From the NCBI RefSeq assembly GCF_004010195.1, contig NC_057719.1, forward strand, positions 62,320,796 to 62,371,427: a stretch of 50,632 bases of DNA, read 5' to 3'. The translations under genes were made by a program, and so were the position numbers. This DNA is from Chiloscyllium plagiosum (Eukaryota). The notes below the pieces were generated by a model. That model was not told the origin of the DNA and made no database searches. It saw only the letters and a program-made list of their open reading frames with translations. Positions 1 to 10,916 of this stretch are shown here, piece by piece; position 1 is the stretch's first letter, and the number at the start of each line of letters is the position of its first letter.

Positions 1-922
1 TTCAGACTCTTCCATTGCTCCTTAGATTTTCTGCATTGTTTTCTCACTGATGTTTTCATCATTGGATCTCATTGGCATCAAGCCTAATTATCCTGAATCA
101 AAGTACATTCTGTTTCACCTCAAGTGTAATGAGTAAAGATAAAATGTTTCACTGAATGTCTCCAAGTTGATCAACATTGGAGATTTGATAGGATTTTGGA
201 TGGTTGATCGGAATTTATTTCAAGGTCATGCTGGTAAAAGAGTCCTGAGGCAAAAAAAACCTATCATTCTTTTTATCCTTTAAGACTTGAACATATCAAT
301 GGAAGATGGAGGAGAGGCCAGTAGTACAGAAAGGCTAAGACTTCAAATGAGAAAGAAGCAGCCAAGCTCAGTGTACTGTCCATGGAAACGGTTGAGATAA
401 TCTTCTGGGGCAAAAAAAAGCTTAATTGATGAAGCTTTTTAATGTGTTAAAATGTTCTGGAAATTCTGCTCTGGGGTTAAAAAAAAGAAACAAACCGTGC
501 TTGAAAGCAAAATATTACAGATCTTGGAAAACTATTAGAGAGACAGAACTAAGATTGTTAGAATCAAGACTTTGAACTTCAACGGACTGTGTCCTCTTGA
601 TGGATGGTGTGAGACTATTGGAGTATTTTCAGCATTTTGCTTTGTGTTAAAGGCATTCTCTTGGTTTTTCTCATTTAGCAGCACGATGCCTATGCTCTCT
701 GTGAAGGTTAACTCGATTGTCATCATCTTCTGGTTGTGGAATTTGAAGGATAAGCAAAATATTATTTAAGAAAAACCTTTGAGCCACATCTCTCTCCTTT
801 TGAGTCAGACTCAAAATCTCAGTTTAAGAGAATGCAAAATTGGCCAGAGTAGTCTTGTCTCCCAGCATGCATTGCAGGAAATAACACTGCTGCTTTTTAT
901 TGCCCCCTTTTTCTCACACTAG

Positions 923-965
923 GGGAACATTCAGTGCTGTCAGCTGGGATTTATGCAGAATCCAG
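923..965 (+). CDS. Candidate short internal exon (43 nt) of an unidentified host gene
   Basis: Pyrimidine tract plus acceptor (cccccttttctcacactag), donor CAG|gtacgt, in non-repetitive sequence. Open in all frames, e.g. EHSVLSAGIYAES or GTFSAVSWDLCRIQ. No homology confirmed. Confidence 0.4.
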
Positions 966-1539
966 GTACGTTGACTTTTCAGAAAGTCCTGTATGCAAGC
1001 AATGAAATCAAGTAATTGGAAAATTAGAAGTTTGGCAACACGTTTTTTTTTGCCCAGATGGCCTGTGACTTTTACTGTCCCAAGGACATTGTCACATTTT
1101 TTCCTTAACCTGCTGCATTTATAACATCACTGGCAGCAATAACATGCTCTTGTAATCCTGTTTTATTGAGCTATGTTGACATGCACTGTCAGACAAAGTT
1201 AAGAGTATCTAATCTTTGCAAGGGTGTACCCTTCACAACTTCTTTATGAATAGTGATGAGCAATTGAAATTTTAAGTAGTTCACAAAAATCAAAGCTGTC
1301 ACTTTCTCAATTGTGATGAACTGCAAATGGAGTGTGGGGTTGACAGGAAATCCTCTTTCTGGTTCTTTGACCAGAAGGAAAAGACAGATGGCCTAAAGTA
1401 ACTGCAGGGATCTTGCATGAATTACTTTCTCCATTGCTTGTTTCTTTTCCTTTTTTTATATATAAACAGAATTGTTTTGTGCTTGGTTACTCTCCAAGAA
1501 AATTCATCTTAAATTATAATCTCCAGTAAGGAGGTCCAT

Positions 1540-1930
1540 TGAATATGAGGTGTGCTGTGTCAAATTTTGAGGTGCTTTGATAATTACTTTGGAATGCAAG
1601 AAGTTATTATGTAGCTGAATGCATCAAACATTGTGTAAAGCAAGATTCCATAAACACCAGTGAGGTAATTGACCATTGATCTATTTTTGCTAATGTTGGT
1701 TGAATACAGAATAGCTTTGGACAGTGAGAACTTCTGCCTGTCCAGGGATGTTTGGATATTTTAGTGTCAATGTTTAGATACCTTTAATGTCAGTGGACAA
1801 AGGCAGATGAGCTTTGAGCAATACCATTTAGATGGACTGTTCAATTGAATACGTTCAAATGCTGGAGTTGGGTTCAAACAGACAACCTTCTAACTCCGAG
1901 GGAAATGTGCTGCCAAGTAAATTGCACTGA
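1540..1930 (-). mobile_element. Degenerate tRNA-derived SINE (DeuSINE/SacSINE-like)
   Basis: Reverse strand shows a B-box-like head (ggttgtctgtttgaacccaactccagc) and body motifs resembling the + strand remnants at about 2120-2600 and 33010-33500. Boundaries approximate. Confidence 0.4.
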
Positions 1931-2119
1931 GTTTTTAAGCTATACGTTTAATGAATGTTCTCTGTAACCTTAGTGATATATTTTATTAATGTATTTGAAA
2001 TCTAATCTGGTGCGGGCTGTACCAGATCATGTTCTGGATATAGCACTTGCTGATGGCCAGTTATTTTTGACCTTTTTACATTTGAGAGAAGTCAAAACTT
2101 TATTTAATGTAGTTCATGA

Positions 2120-2600
2120 GCTTGGGCCTAATTCTTTTAAAGAAGGGTTCATCCTGATGACTTGCTTGACATTTGTTCCTCAAAGGAGAAAGTGAGGTCT
2201 GCAGATGCTGGAGATCAGAGCTGGAAATGTGTTGCTGGAAAAGCGCAGCAGGTCAGGCAGCATCCAAGGAGCAGGAGAATCGACGTTTCGGGCATAGCCC
2301 TTCTTCAGGGCTTGAAGAAGGGCTTATTCCCGAAACGTCGATTCTCCTGTTCCCTGGATGCTGCCTGACCTGCTGCGCTTTTCCAGCAACACATTTCCAG
2401 ATTTGTTCCTCAAACAACACCTGAAAACAAATTATTTGATCACTTTCACACTGCTGTTTGTTCGAGCTTGCTGTACACATATAAGTTGGCTGTGTTCCCT
2501 ACAATGCAACAGTGACTGCACTTCAAAAACATATCATTAGCTTTTCCACTTTGAAATGTCCTGAAATTGTGAAACTTTCAAGCTTATCGTGATGCAAGGG
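2120..2600 (+). mobile_element. Degenerate DeuSINE/SacSINE-like remnant, interrupted by the 2185-2400 insertion
   Basis: Motifs cacactgctgtttg...gcttgctgt...ttggctg...cctaca...caacagtgactgcacttcaaaa, typical of this SINE's 3' half; a similar remnant lies at about 8950-9200. Confidence 0.4.
2185..2400. mobile_element. Penelope-derived fold-back mini-element (two inverted pLTR arms with hammerhead motifs)
   Basis: Arms about 2221-2308 and 2312-2400 are inverted repeats. Minus-strand core CTGAAGA-A-GGGC-TAT-GCCC-GAAA-CGTC is intact; the plus-strand core is mutated. Exact 14-bp TSD atttgttcctcaaa at 2171-2184 and 2401-2414. Confidence 0.85.
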
Positions 2601-2614
2601 ATATCATTTATAGA

Positions 2615-2727
2615 CATTTCCCATTCAACTTGTTCAAAGATGTTATTACATAGCTCTGGAGCAGAAAGTACTTGAAACTCTCTCTCCTGGCTCAGAGATA
2701 GTGGCAATACCAGTACACCACAAGAGC
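2615..2727 (-). mobile_element. Short tRNA-derived SINE
   Basis: Reverse complement has an A-box-like tggtgtactggtattgc and B-box-like gtttcaagtac, and ends ..gaacaagttgaat; same family as 10290-10400 and 43515-43625. Confidence 0.5.
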
Positions 2728-2739
2728 TCTTTGTCACTA

Positions 2740-3780
2740 TTTTTATAATATATCTTACAAATATCATTTAGTTTTGGGTTTGGATTTTTGACTGATTGAG
2801 TTTAGTAAATAACTTGTCAGTATTTCAGGCGCCATGTTTTTAAAGAATAACAGTACAAACAAGGGTTCCTGGACTGTTAATAAAAATTGACTTTCATCAG
2901 GATCGGTTTGCAAGGAGATAAATTGAAAATAGAAGAAATAAGCCTGTTTTCAGTGAGACACGTCGGGGGGTTGGTGCGTTTTGTTCAGGGGAAACACCCC
3001 GAGCTTGGAAAATTGTTGGTTTCAATTTGTAGTTTTTCTGGTTGAAGTTGAGTGCAGTTCACCTGAGGCAGGAAAATTATAAATAGGTTGCATCAGAGTG
3101 AGGGTTTCAGTTTGAAAGTTCCCAACAAGAGGTGAGAGGTGTTTGGTTAGACTGTTGAAAGCCTCATATCACTATGTGAATACACAAGGAAGAGACTATC
3201 AAACTCTAAAGGACAGGAATCGAGAGGAGCAGAATAAAAGCAAAATACAGTGGCTGCTGGAGATCTGAAACACAGAGAATGCTGGCGAAATTTAGCAGGT
3301 CTGGTGACATCTGTGGAGAGAAAAGCAGAATTATTCATTTGAGTGCAAAATGAATCTTCATACCTTCATCCCATTCTTCCTGAAGAATCATACCAGACTC
3401 CACATTCATCTGCTGAGTTTTGCCAGCATTCTCTATATCTGTAATTGAAAACACCAGTTGAGCCAAAGCTGTAGATATGGTAGAGAAGCATACTCTTTTG
3501 GGTGTTTGAGTACTGTAAAGGAGTACTGTTGGGATACATGGAATATTTTAATTTTGCTGTGGGTTTTTAAATCTTTCAGTTTGTGTTGCATGCCAGCAGA
3601 TTGATTGATTCTATTTTGTCATTTCTGTTGCATAATTAACTTCTGTTTTGTTGTCAAATTTGTGGCATTGGATGCGTTCTTTTCAGGGAAAGATCACTTC
3701 ATCAAATAAACAAAAATTAACAAGCCCGACTTAGTGTAAGATCTGACTTGTTCAGTAATTACAGCAACTAGGATCATAAT
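2740..3780 (+). mobile_element. Possible old solo LTR
   Basis: About 1 kb non-coding block ending ..ctaggatcataat, resembling the ..cataaca LTR end at 17221, with a T-rich U5-like tail. No TSD found; 5' boundary uncertain. Confidence 0.25.
3232..3442. mobile_element. Older degenerate Penelope pLTR inverted pair
   Basis: cagagaatgctggcgaaatttagcaggt (about 3273-3300) is inverted against atctgctgagttttgccagcattctcta (about 3408-3435); decayed ctgaaga motif at about 3380. Confidence 0.55.
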
Positions 3781-3989
3781 AATATAAATAGTCTTTCTTT
3801 CCTCTGTGCCAGTACGAAGTCGCAGTTATGGATTAAATTGGACTTGCATGGGGCAAAACGTAGCAATCCGATGTTCATGCCATGCAAATGCAAGGCAATG
3901 TCCAATTTTCAACAAGAGGGAATTGCGTCCTTCAGTGCTAGCATCTGGATGTTACTAATGGCTAAAACTTAACCGGATCAACCAATTGT

Positions 3990-4850
3990 TATAAGAGCAG
4001 GTCAGACGCTGCAGAGAGTAGCTCACTGTCTAAAGGCTGTTTACGAGCTGCAAGGCACAGATCAGGAGCATGATGCAATAGTCTCCATTTGCCTGGATGA
4101 TCAAGCAAGATTAGAGTGCTGGCAAAACAGAGCAGGTCAGGCAGCATCCGAGGAGCAGGAAAATTGATGTTTCAGGCAAAAGCCCTTCATCAGGAATCTG
4201 CTTCAGTGTGGAGGAGATGACCTGGGGGTTGCAGTCAGAGAGAGACTCACTAAGATCCCTGTAGAGAGAAGAGGAGAATTTCTTCAAGGTAGGCATCCTT
4301 GAAAGAGGATTCACAGTAGGGTTAAAATCATTCTTGATGAAGGGCTTTTGCCCGAAATGTCAGTTTTTTTCCTGCTCCTCAGATGTTGCTTGACCTGTGC
4401 TTTTCCAGCATCACTCTAACCTTGACCCTAACCTCCAGCATCTGCAGTACCCACTTCTACCTGGATGATCGAGCAGTCTGCTTAGTCAGCACTCCAACTA
4501 CTGCCCTCAACATTGCTTCCCACTGCCGCTGATATACAGTGGCGGCAGTGTCTTCCATCTGCAAGATGTTCAGCAGGGTCCACACTCAACGTCGTCACCT
4601 GCAAATTTGATTTTAAGCTACACCAACCTGACCTGAAACAATATCACTGTTCCTTCATTATTTCTGGGTGAAAATATGGAAAATTGCCCTCGTTTCTGCG
4701 TAAGTACACACACCCAGCCCGTACGAGCTTTCCTAACAGTGCTGAATATACCCACATTTCATGGACTGGTTTAAGAAGGCTCTGCATTGCAGTCTCCTCA
4801 GGGACAATGGGGCAGTAAATGCAAGATTGTGATGCTTATCGCAAGAAGAA
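3990..4850 (+). mobile_element. Degenerate 3' fragment of a CR1/L2-group LINE, interrupted by 4108-4459
   Basis: Colinear with the better-preserved copy at 12480-13125 (caaggcaca..tcaggag..tctcca.ttgcctggatg; cagtggcggcagtgt..ccatct.caagatg). Confidence 0.6.
4108..4459. mobile_element. Penelope-derived fold-back element with about 135-bp internal spacer
   Basis: Inverted arms about 4108-4195 and 4331-4420 with hammerhead-like (C/T)TGATGA-A-GGGC-TTTT-GCC(T/C)-GAAA. 16-bp TSD cctggatgatc(a/g)agca at 4092-4107 and 4460-4475. Confidence 0.8.
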
Positions 4851-5199
4851 ATGCAACAAATGCATCACTCCTGTTTATGTAGAACATAGAACACAGAATA
4901 GAACATAGAACAGTACAGCACAGAACAGGCCCTTCAGCCCACAATGTTGTGCCAACCAATGATTCTCATGTATGCACCCTCAAATTTCTGTGACCATATG
5001 CATGTCCAGTAGTCTCTTAAATGTCCCCAGTGACCTTGCTTCCACAACTGCTGCTGGCAACGCATTCCATGCTCTCACAACTCTCTGTGTAAAGAATCTG
5101 CCTCTGACATCCCCTCTATACTTTCCTCCATCCAGCTTAAAACTATGACCCCTCGTGTTAGTCATTTCTGCCCTGGGAAATAGTCTCTGGCTGTCGATT

Positions 5200-6507
5200 C
5201 TATCTATGCCTCTCATTTTCTTTGTATACCTCAATTAGGTCCCCTCTCCTCCTCCTTTTCTCCGATGAAAAATGTCCGAGCTCAGTCAACCTCTCTTCAT
5301 AAGATAAGCCCTCCAGTCCAGGCAGCATCCTGGTAAACCTCCTCTGAACCCTCTCCAAAGCATCCACATCTTTCCTATAATAGGGTGACCAGAACTGGAC
5401 ACAGTATTCCAAGTGCAGTCTAACCAAAGTTTTATAGAGCTGCAACAAGTTCTCACGACTCTTAAACTCAATCCCCCTGCTAATGAAAGCCAAAACACCA
5501 GATGCTTTCTTAACAACCCTGTCCACTTGGGTGGCCATTTTAAGGGATCTATGTACCTGTATACCAAGATCCCTCTGTTCCTCCACATTGCCAAGAATCC
5601 TATCCTTAATCCTGTACTCTGTTTTCAAATTTGACCTTCCAAAATGCATCACCTCGCATTTATCCAGGTTGAACTCCATCTGCCACCTCTCAGCCCATCT
5701 CTGGATCCTGTCAATGTACCGCTGCAGCCTACAACAGTCCTCTATACTGTCAACGACACCTCCAACCTTTGTGTCGTCTGCAAACTTGCTGACCCATCCT
5801 TCAATCCCCTCATCCAAGTCATTAATAAAAATTACAAACAGTAGAGGCCCAAAGTCAGAGCCCTGTGGAACACCACTCACCACTGACTTCCAGGCAGAAT
5901 ATTTTCCTTCTACTACCACTCGCTGTCTTCTGTTGGCCAGCCAATTCTGTATCCGGACAGCTGAGTTCCCCTGTATCCCATTCCTCCTGACTTTTTGAAT
6001 GAGCCTACCATGGGGGACCTTATCAAATGCCTTGCTGAAGTCCATATACACCACATCCACAGCCCGACCCTCATCAACCTTTCTAGTCACATCCTCAAAG
6101 AACTCGATAAGGTTTGTGAGGCATGACCTGACCTTCACAAAGCCGTGTTGACTGCATTTAGTCAAGCCATGCTCTTCCAGATGGTCATAAATCCTATCCC
6201 TCAGAATCCTTTCTAACACCTTGCAGACGACAGACGTGAGACTGACTGGTCTGTAATTGCCAGGGGTTTCCCTATTTCCGTTCTTGAAGAGAGGAATTAC
6301 ATTTGCCTCTCTCCAGTCCGCAGGTACGACGCCAGTGGAGAGCGAGGATGCAAAGATCTTTGCAAGTGGCGAAGCAATTGCATTTCTCATTTCCCAAAGC
6401 AGCCGAGGACAAATCTGGTCTGGGCCTGGCGACTTGTCAATCTTAATGTTTGACAAAATTTTCAGCACATCAGCTTCCTCTATCTCTATCCATTCCAGCA
6501 TGCACAC
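5200..6507 (-). pseudogene. CR1 ORF2 reverse transcriptase domain (frameshifted element)
   Basis: KSPGPD, NYRPVSLTS, QHGF, DFSKAFDKVPH, SGVPQGS, FADD, LEYCVQFWSP motifs; the C-terminus continues in another frame (4980-5234). Confidence 0.92.
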
Positions 6508-6884
6508 CTGCTCTTCAAAGGTTTAATTCACTACAAAGTTTGTTTCTTTCATAAAGACAGAAGCAAAAAACTCATTTAGGACTTGCCCTACCTCCTCAGA
6601 CTCCACACATAAATTCCCTATGCTATTCCTGATCGGTCCTACTCTTTCTTTGACCATTCTCTTATTCCTCACATACGTGTAAAATGCCTTTGTGTTCACC
6701 CTAATCTGTTCTGCCAAGCCTTTCTCGTGCCCCCTCCTGGCTCTCCTCAGACCATTTTTGAGCTCCTTCCTTGCCTGCCTGTAATCCTCTAGAGCTGAGC
6801 TTGACCCTAGCTTCCTCCACCTTATGTAAGTTACCTTTTTCCTTTTGATGAGAAGCTCCACCGCTCTCGTCATCCAGGGTTCCT

Positions 6885-7720
6885 TTATCTTGCCTGTCTC
6901 AGAGGGACATATTTATTCACCACTTGCAACAACTGTTCCTTAAACAGTCTCCACATGTCTATAGTGCCTTTATCATAGAACAATTGCTTCCAATCCATGC
7001 TTCCTAACTCATGTCTAATCACATCATAGTTTCCTCTTCCCCAATTAAATATCCTCCCATTTTGCCTCATCCTTTCCTTCCCCATAGCTATGTAGAATGT
7101 GAGGCAGTTGTGGTCACTATCACCAAGATGCTCTCCCACCACAAGATCTGATTCCTGCCCCGGCTCGTTTCCAAGCACCAAGTCTAGAATGGCCTCTCCC
7201 CTCGTCGGCCTGTCAATGTACTGAGTTAGGAAACCCTCCTGAACACACCTTACAAAAACAGCTCCATTCAAATCTTCTGCTCGAAGGAGGTTCCAATCAA
7301 TATTGGGAAAGTTAAAGTCACCCATTACAACAACCCTACTACGTCCACACTTTTCCAAAATCTGCCGACCTATGCTTTCTTCCATCTCCCTGCTGCTATT
7401 GGGGGGCCTGTAGTAAACCCCTAACGAGGTGACTGCTCCCTTGCTGTTCCTAATTTCCACCCATACTGACTCGGTAGGCAGATCCTCCTTGACAATGGAA
7501 GCTTCTGTAGCTGTGATACCCTCTCTGATTAGCAGTGCTACACCGCCTCTTTCCCCCCCTCCCTATTATTTTTAAATGTTCTAAATCCTGGAACATCCAG
7601 CAACCATTCCTGCCCCTGAGAAACCCTGTGTTATGGCCACAACATCATAGCATCCATGCTCTAAGTTCATCACTTTTATTCCTGATACTCCTTGCGTTAA
7701 AGCAAACACACTTTAACTGA
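6885..7720 (-). pseudogene. CR1 ORF2 APE endonuclease domain (broken)
   Basis: CVCFNARSIRNK, GVYYRPP, VMGDFNFP, PTRGEAILDLVL and SDHN motifs split across frames. Confidence 0.9.
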
Positions 7721-10289
7721 TCCCTTGGTTCCTTCCCAGGAAAATCCTTCCCACTAGCTGGTCTACCTCTTGCTATTGCCTCATCTGCATCAACTCTCAC
7801 CTCTGGTATACAGCTCAGGTTCCCACCCCCCTGCCATACTAGCACAGGAGCATTGCAATTGGTTTCTTGGAAGTTGCTAGAATGCTCCAATATCTGATGT
7901 CACTTCTTTTGCTGCAGGAGCCCAGACTTTTGACAAACAAACACCAGTCCTCATGAATCACAATTCATCTGGGAACCCTTTACTACTTTCAGGTTTTCTT
8001 CCTCCCACAACATTTTCTCCGCCTGAGTTGGCAAACTCTTCTCTGCACCATGATTGACACAGCTTTACTTAATAAAAGGAGGCCAACTCTTCTGGATGTT
8101 CTGAAACAAAGACTGGATACAGATGAATTTGGGTGGGCCTTTCATTGTCAACTTAACCAAAGCTAAATTGTTCCTGACATGTCACAAGTTAGTTCATGAC
8201 TTCAGTGTTTTGATTATTCACTCTTTTATGTCATTTCAATTTAGTACTATTCTGCAATGTTCTTTGTAAGTTATGTGAAATATTTTTCTTTCAAACGTTA
8301 TTCCAAATAAGTACGTTACATGTTCTGCACCTTCTCTGGCACGTATGTTAAAGTTCATTCTGGCATCTCAATGGGTTAGATAATTGAAAGGAAGACATTC
8401 CCAATGTCAAGGGGATAAAGAGGGGGAGATGACTTAATGGGAGAGCTTTCTGAAGGGCTGACATTGGCATGCTGGGCCAAATAGCCAACTTTGGTGCTAT
8501 TATCAGTGTATGAAGCTCATATGAAACTGTCCTTGTGCAATAAGTCCACATAAGCTTGGTGCCAAGGAGTTGTTTTGAGTAGACTAAGATTTTGAGCTTC
8601 CAAGCCATCAATGTGATAGATGTAAGAAGGTGTGTTTGAAGTTCTTATCCAGTGGATTCTCTGGCTGTGAAGGCTGAATCAGTTCCACACATTTCACAGG
8701 TGCAACCCTTTTTTGAGCTCAGTAAGCAATAGCTTGGTTTTTAAGATTGCCACTAGATAGGATATTTTTGCAACTCCACCCACATTTGTTTCTCCTTGTA
8801 GCCCACACTCAGATTAGATTTTAATGGCCTGCACCGAGTGTATTTATTGGTGTGAGGAGCTGTGTTTAAAATATCAGCATTGTGTTACCCACTGGCCTTG
8901 TACTATTGTGAGGTTAGTTATGTCTTTTTAAATCTCTGAAAATGACTTCAGAAAACATATATTTGAGCCATCTGTTAGTTTCATGTGTCGACAATATTGA
9001 TTTTCTTAAACTATTCAAGTGGAGGGTTGCTCCTATTGACCTTTTGACACTTCCCTGCACATTATACCATGATAAAGGAATCATCTGATCATTCATTAAC
9101 TTGCTTAATATGATAGTTTGCTGTGTTTGCTTGCCTGCATAACAATGAAGATGGCACTAGTATAGGAAGGTCTGGGACGTGTCATAAGGTGCTGAGAATG
9201 GGAACTAGTTCTGATTTGTTTCACTAATAGGAATTTTGTTTAACTTGTCGTACATCTGCAGATCTAATGTCACTTGCTTATCTTATTATTTAGCTGAATT
9301 GCAGTGTTAAGGTAATACCTAATCTTCACCTCCACCGCCACCCCCCCCCCCCACCCCCAAAACCTCGACGATGTAATATAAAATAGAAATATTATCTAGA
9401 TTCTTCAGAAGTAAGAGTGACCTAGTTAGCAAAGGTTAATGAAAATAAGTCTGTTTAAACAGTATTTGACATACCTGTACTCACCCCTCAGATTCACAGA
9501 ATTGGGGAGGAGGCCAATCAGCCCATTAAGCCTGCACTGTCTCTTCAAACAAACATCATTAATGTCAGCCTCCTGCTTTCTCCCCATACCCTTGCACACT
9601 AGTCTCACCAGTCATTATTGGTGTATTACTGAAGAATTTGGGACTGTTCGGGACTGCCGTCAATCCGGTTTTGCTGCATAGGGTGATGTAGCGTTTGAGT
9701 GGATTGACAAGATGTGAACGGGGCACCATAACATTTTTTTGGTTTAAAAAAAAAGGTGTGGCGTTTTGCTTTGTTTCTGAAGAATATATCTCATTGACAG
9801 ATTACATATCAGTTTGGTGCCCGTTTCCCCCCCACATTACACAAACCACTCCTGTTTGAATTTGGATAAGGCAGCCCCAGTTTCATGAAACCCGCTTAAC
9901 GCAAGCCGTGACAGTGTTCTGAGTTTCAGGAAGAGCTTCATGCTTCTGGAGAGGAGGAGAAAGTGCCACTTTGTTTCTGTATTGAACTGCAACATGAATT
10001 TGCATTCAGTGTAAAAAAAGGTAGGCTGACAATTCAAATGATTTGGAAATCATACCTAATAATTTTGTGATCAGAGGGAATGCTACATTTTGTTTTGAAG
10101 GTATATACAATTACACTCACTGTTTTCATGTGGCAATTGACTGTGCAATTTGAGACTCCCAGGTGATTTGGCGTTCAGTTTTCCGCTCAGAAGCTTAAAA
10201 CTGTGCGAGCCATTGGATTTTTCTATTGATTGGTTGCTTCTGTTTCTGAGACGAGTCCAATAGGAAGGCAACATATGTTGAAGTTGCTT

Positions 10290-10400
10290 GTCAAGGAGTG
10301 GTAGCATCCCTATGTTTGAGCCAGGAGTCCTGGGTTCAAGTCCCACATACTCCGGAGATGCTTTAACTCATCTGAACAGGTTGATGAAAAATATCTTTGA
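10290..10400 (+). mobile_element. Short tRNA-derived SINE
   Basis: gagtggtagcatccct (A-box-like), gggttcaagtccc (B-box), ending tctgaacaggttgat. Confidence 0.55.
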
Positions 10401-10688
10401 TTGAAGCTAGACACTGAGGTTTCAAGTTTCCAAATGAGACTTGCACAACTGTCATCTGTTTGTGCTGTAATGAATACAGCCAGCTTGAATCTTTGTTCAG
10501 CAAGCTCACTCTTCTTTTGGGAGAAGATGAAAATATTGTGCTTCACACTTTTTAAACTCTTTTTCTAAAAAAAAATCAACCCATTTCTTGAAGAGACAAT
10601 GTATATTACATTTTGTGAGTGTTGTAAACTTTAGAGGAACATTTTGCGATGTTTTCTCTCTTTATTTCAATTGTATTGTTATTTATTT

Positions 10689-10916
10689 CAGGCAAAAGTC
10701 AGGGCTGCAGATGCTGGAGATCAGAGTCTAGATTAGAGTGGTGCTGGAAAAGCACAGCAGGTCAGGCAGCATCCGAGCAGCAGGAAAATCGACGTTTCGG
10801 GCAAAAGCCCGTCATCAGGGTTCCTGATGAAGGGCTTTTGCCCGAAACATCGATTTTCCTGCTGCTCGGATGCTGCCTGACCCGCTGTGCTTTTCCAGCA
10901 CCACCCTAATCTAGAC
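10689..10916. mobile_element. Penelope-derived fold-back mini-element with two back-to-back hammerhead motifs
   Basis: Centre gcccgtcatcagg-gtt-cctgatgaagggc; arms about 10725-10819 and 10823-10916. Exact 12-bp TSD tgttatttattt at 10677-10688 and 10917-10928. Confidence 0.87.

Larger units (their letters stand above)
4881..7842 (-). mobile_element. CR1 LINE (HER1-like), 5'-truncated, about 3 kb
   Basis: Minus-strand ORF pieces give the ORF1 end (VWQGGGN), APE endonuclease, linker and RT, followed by a 3' UTR ending in (TTCTA/TTCTATG)n repeats at about 4881-4910. Confidence 0.95.

Noticed and set aside
535..769. Overlapping 63-65 aa ORFs near the window start
   Set aside because: Short, no recognisable motif and no convincing splice context.
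2162..2480. Recurrent short ORFs (KCVAGKAQQVRQHP, CCWKSAAGQAAS, PKRRFSCSLDAA) suggesting a peptide family
   Set aside because: They are translations of the repeated Penelope pLTR in several frames and strands; a coding role in autonomous elements is not excluded, but these copies are not genes.
5483..5998. 171-aa + strand ORF (and a similar one at 44515-44745)
   Set aside because: Antisense shadow of the CR1 RT; recurs only because the LINE recurs.
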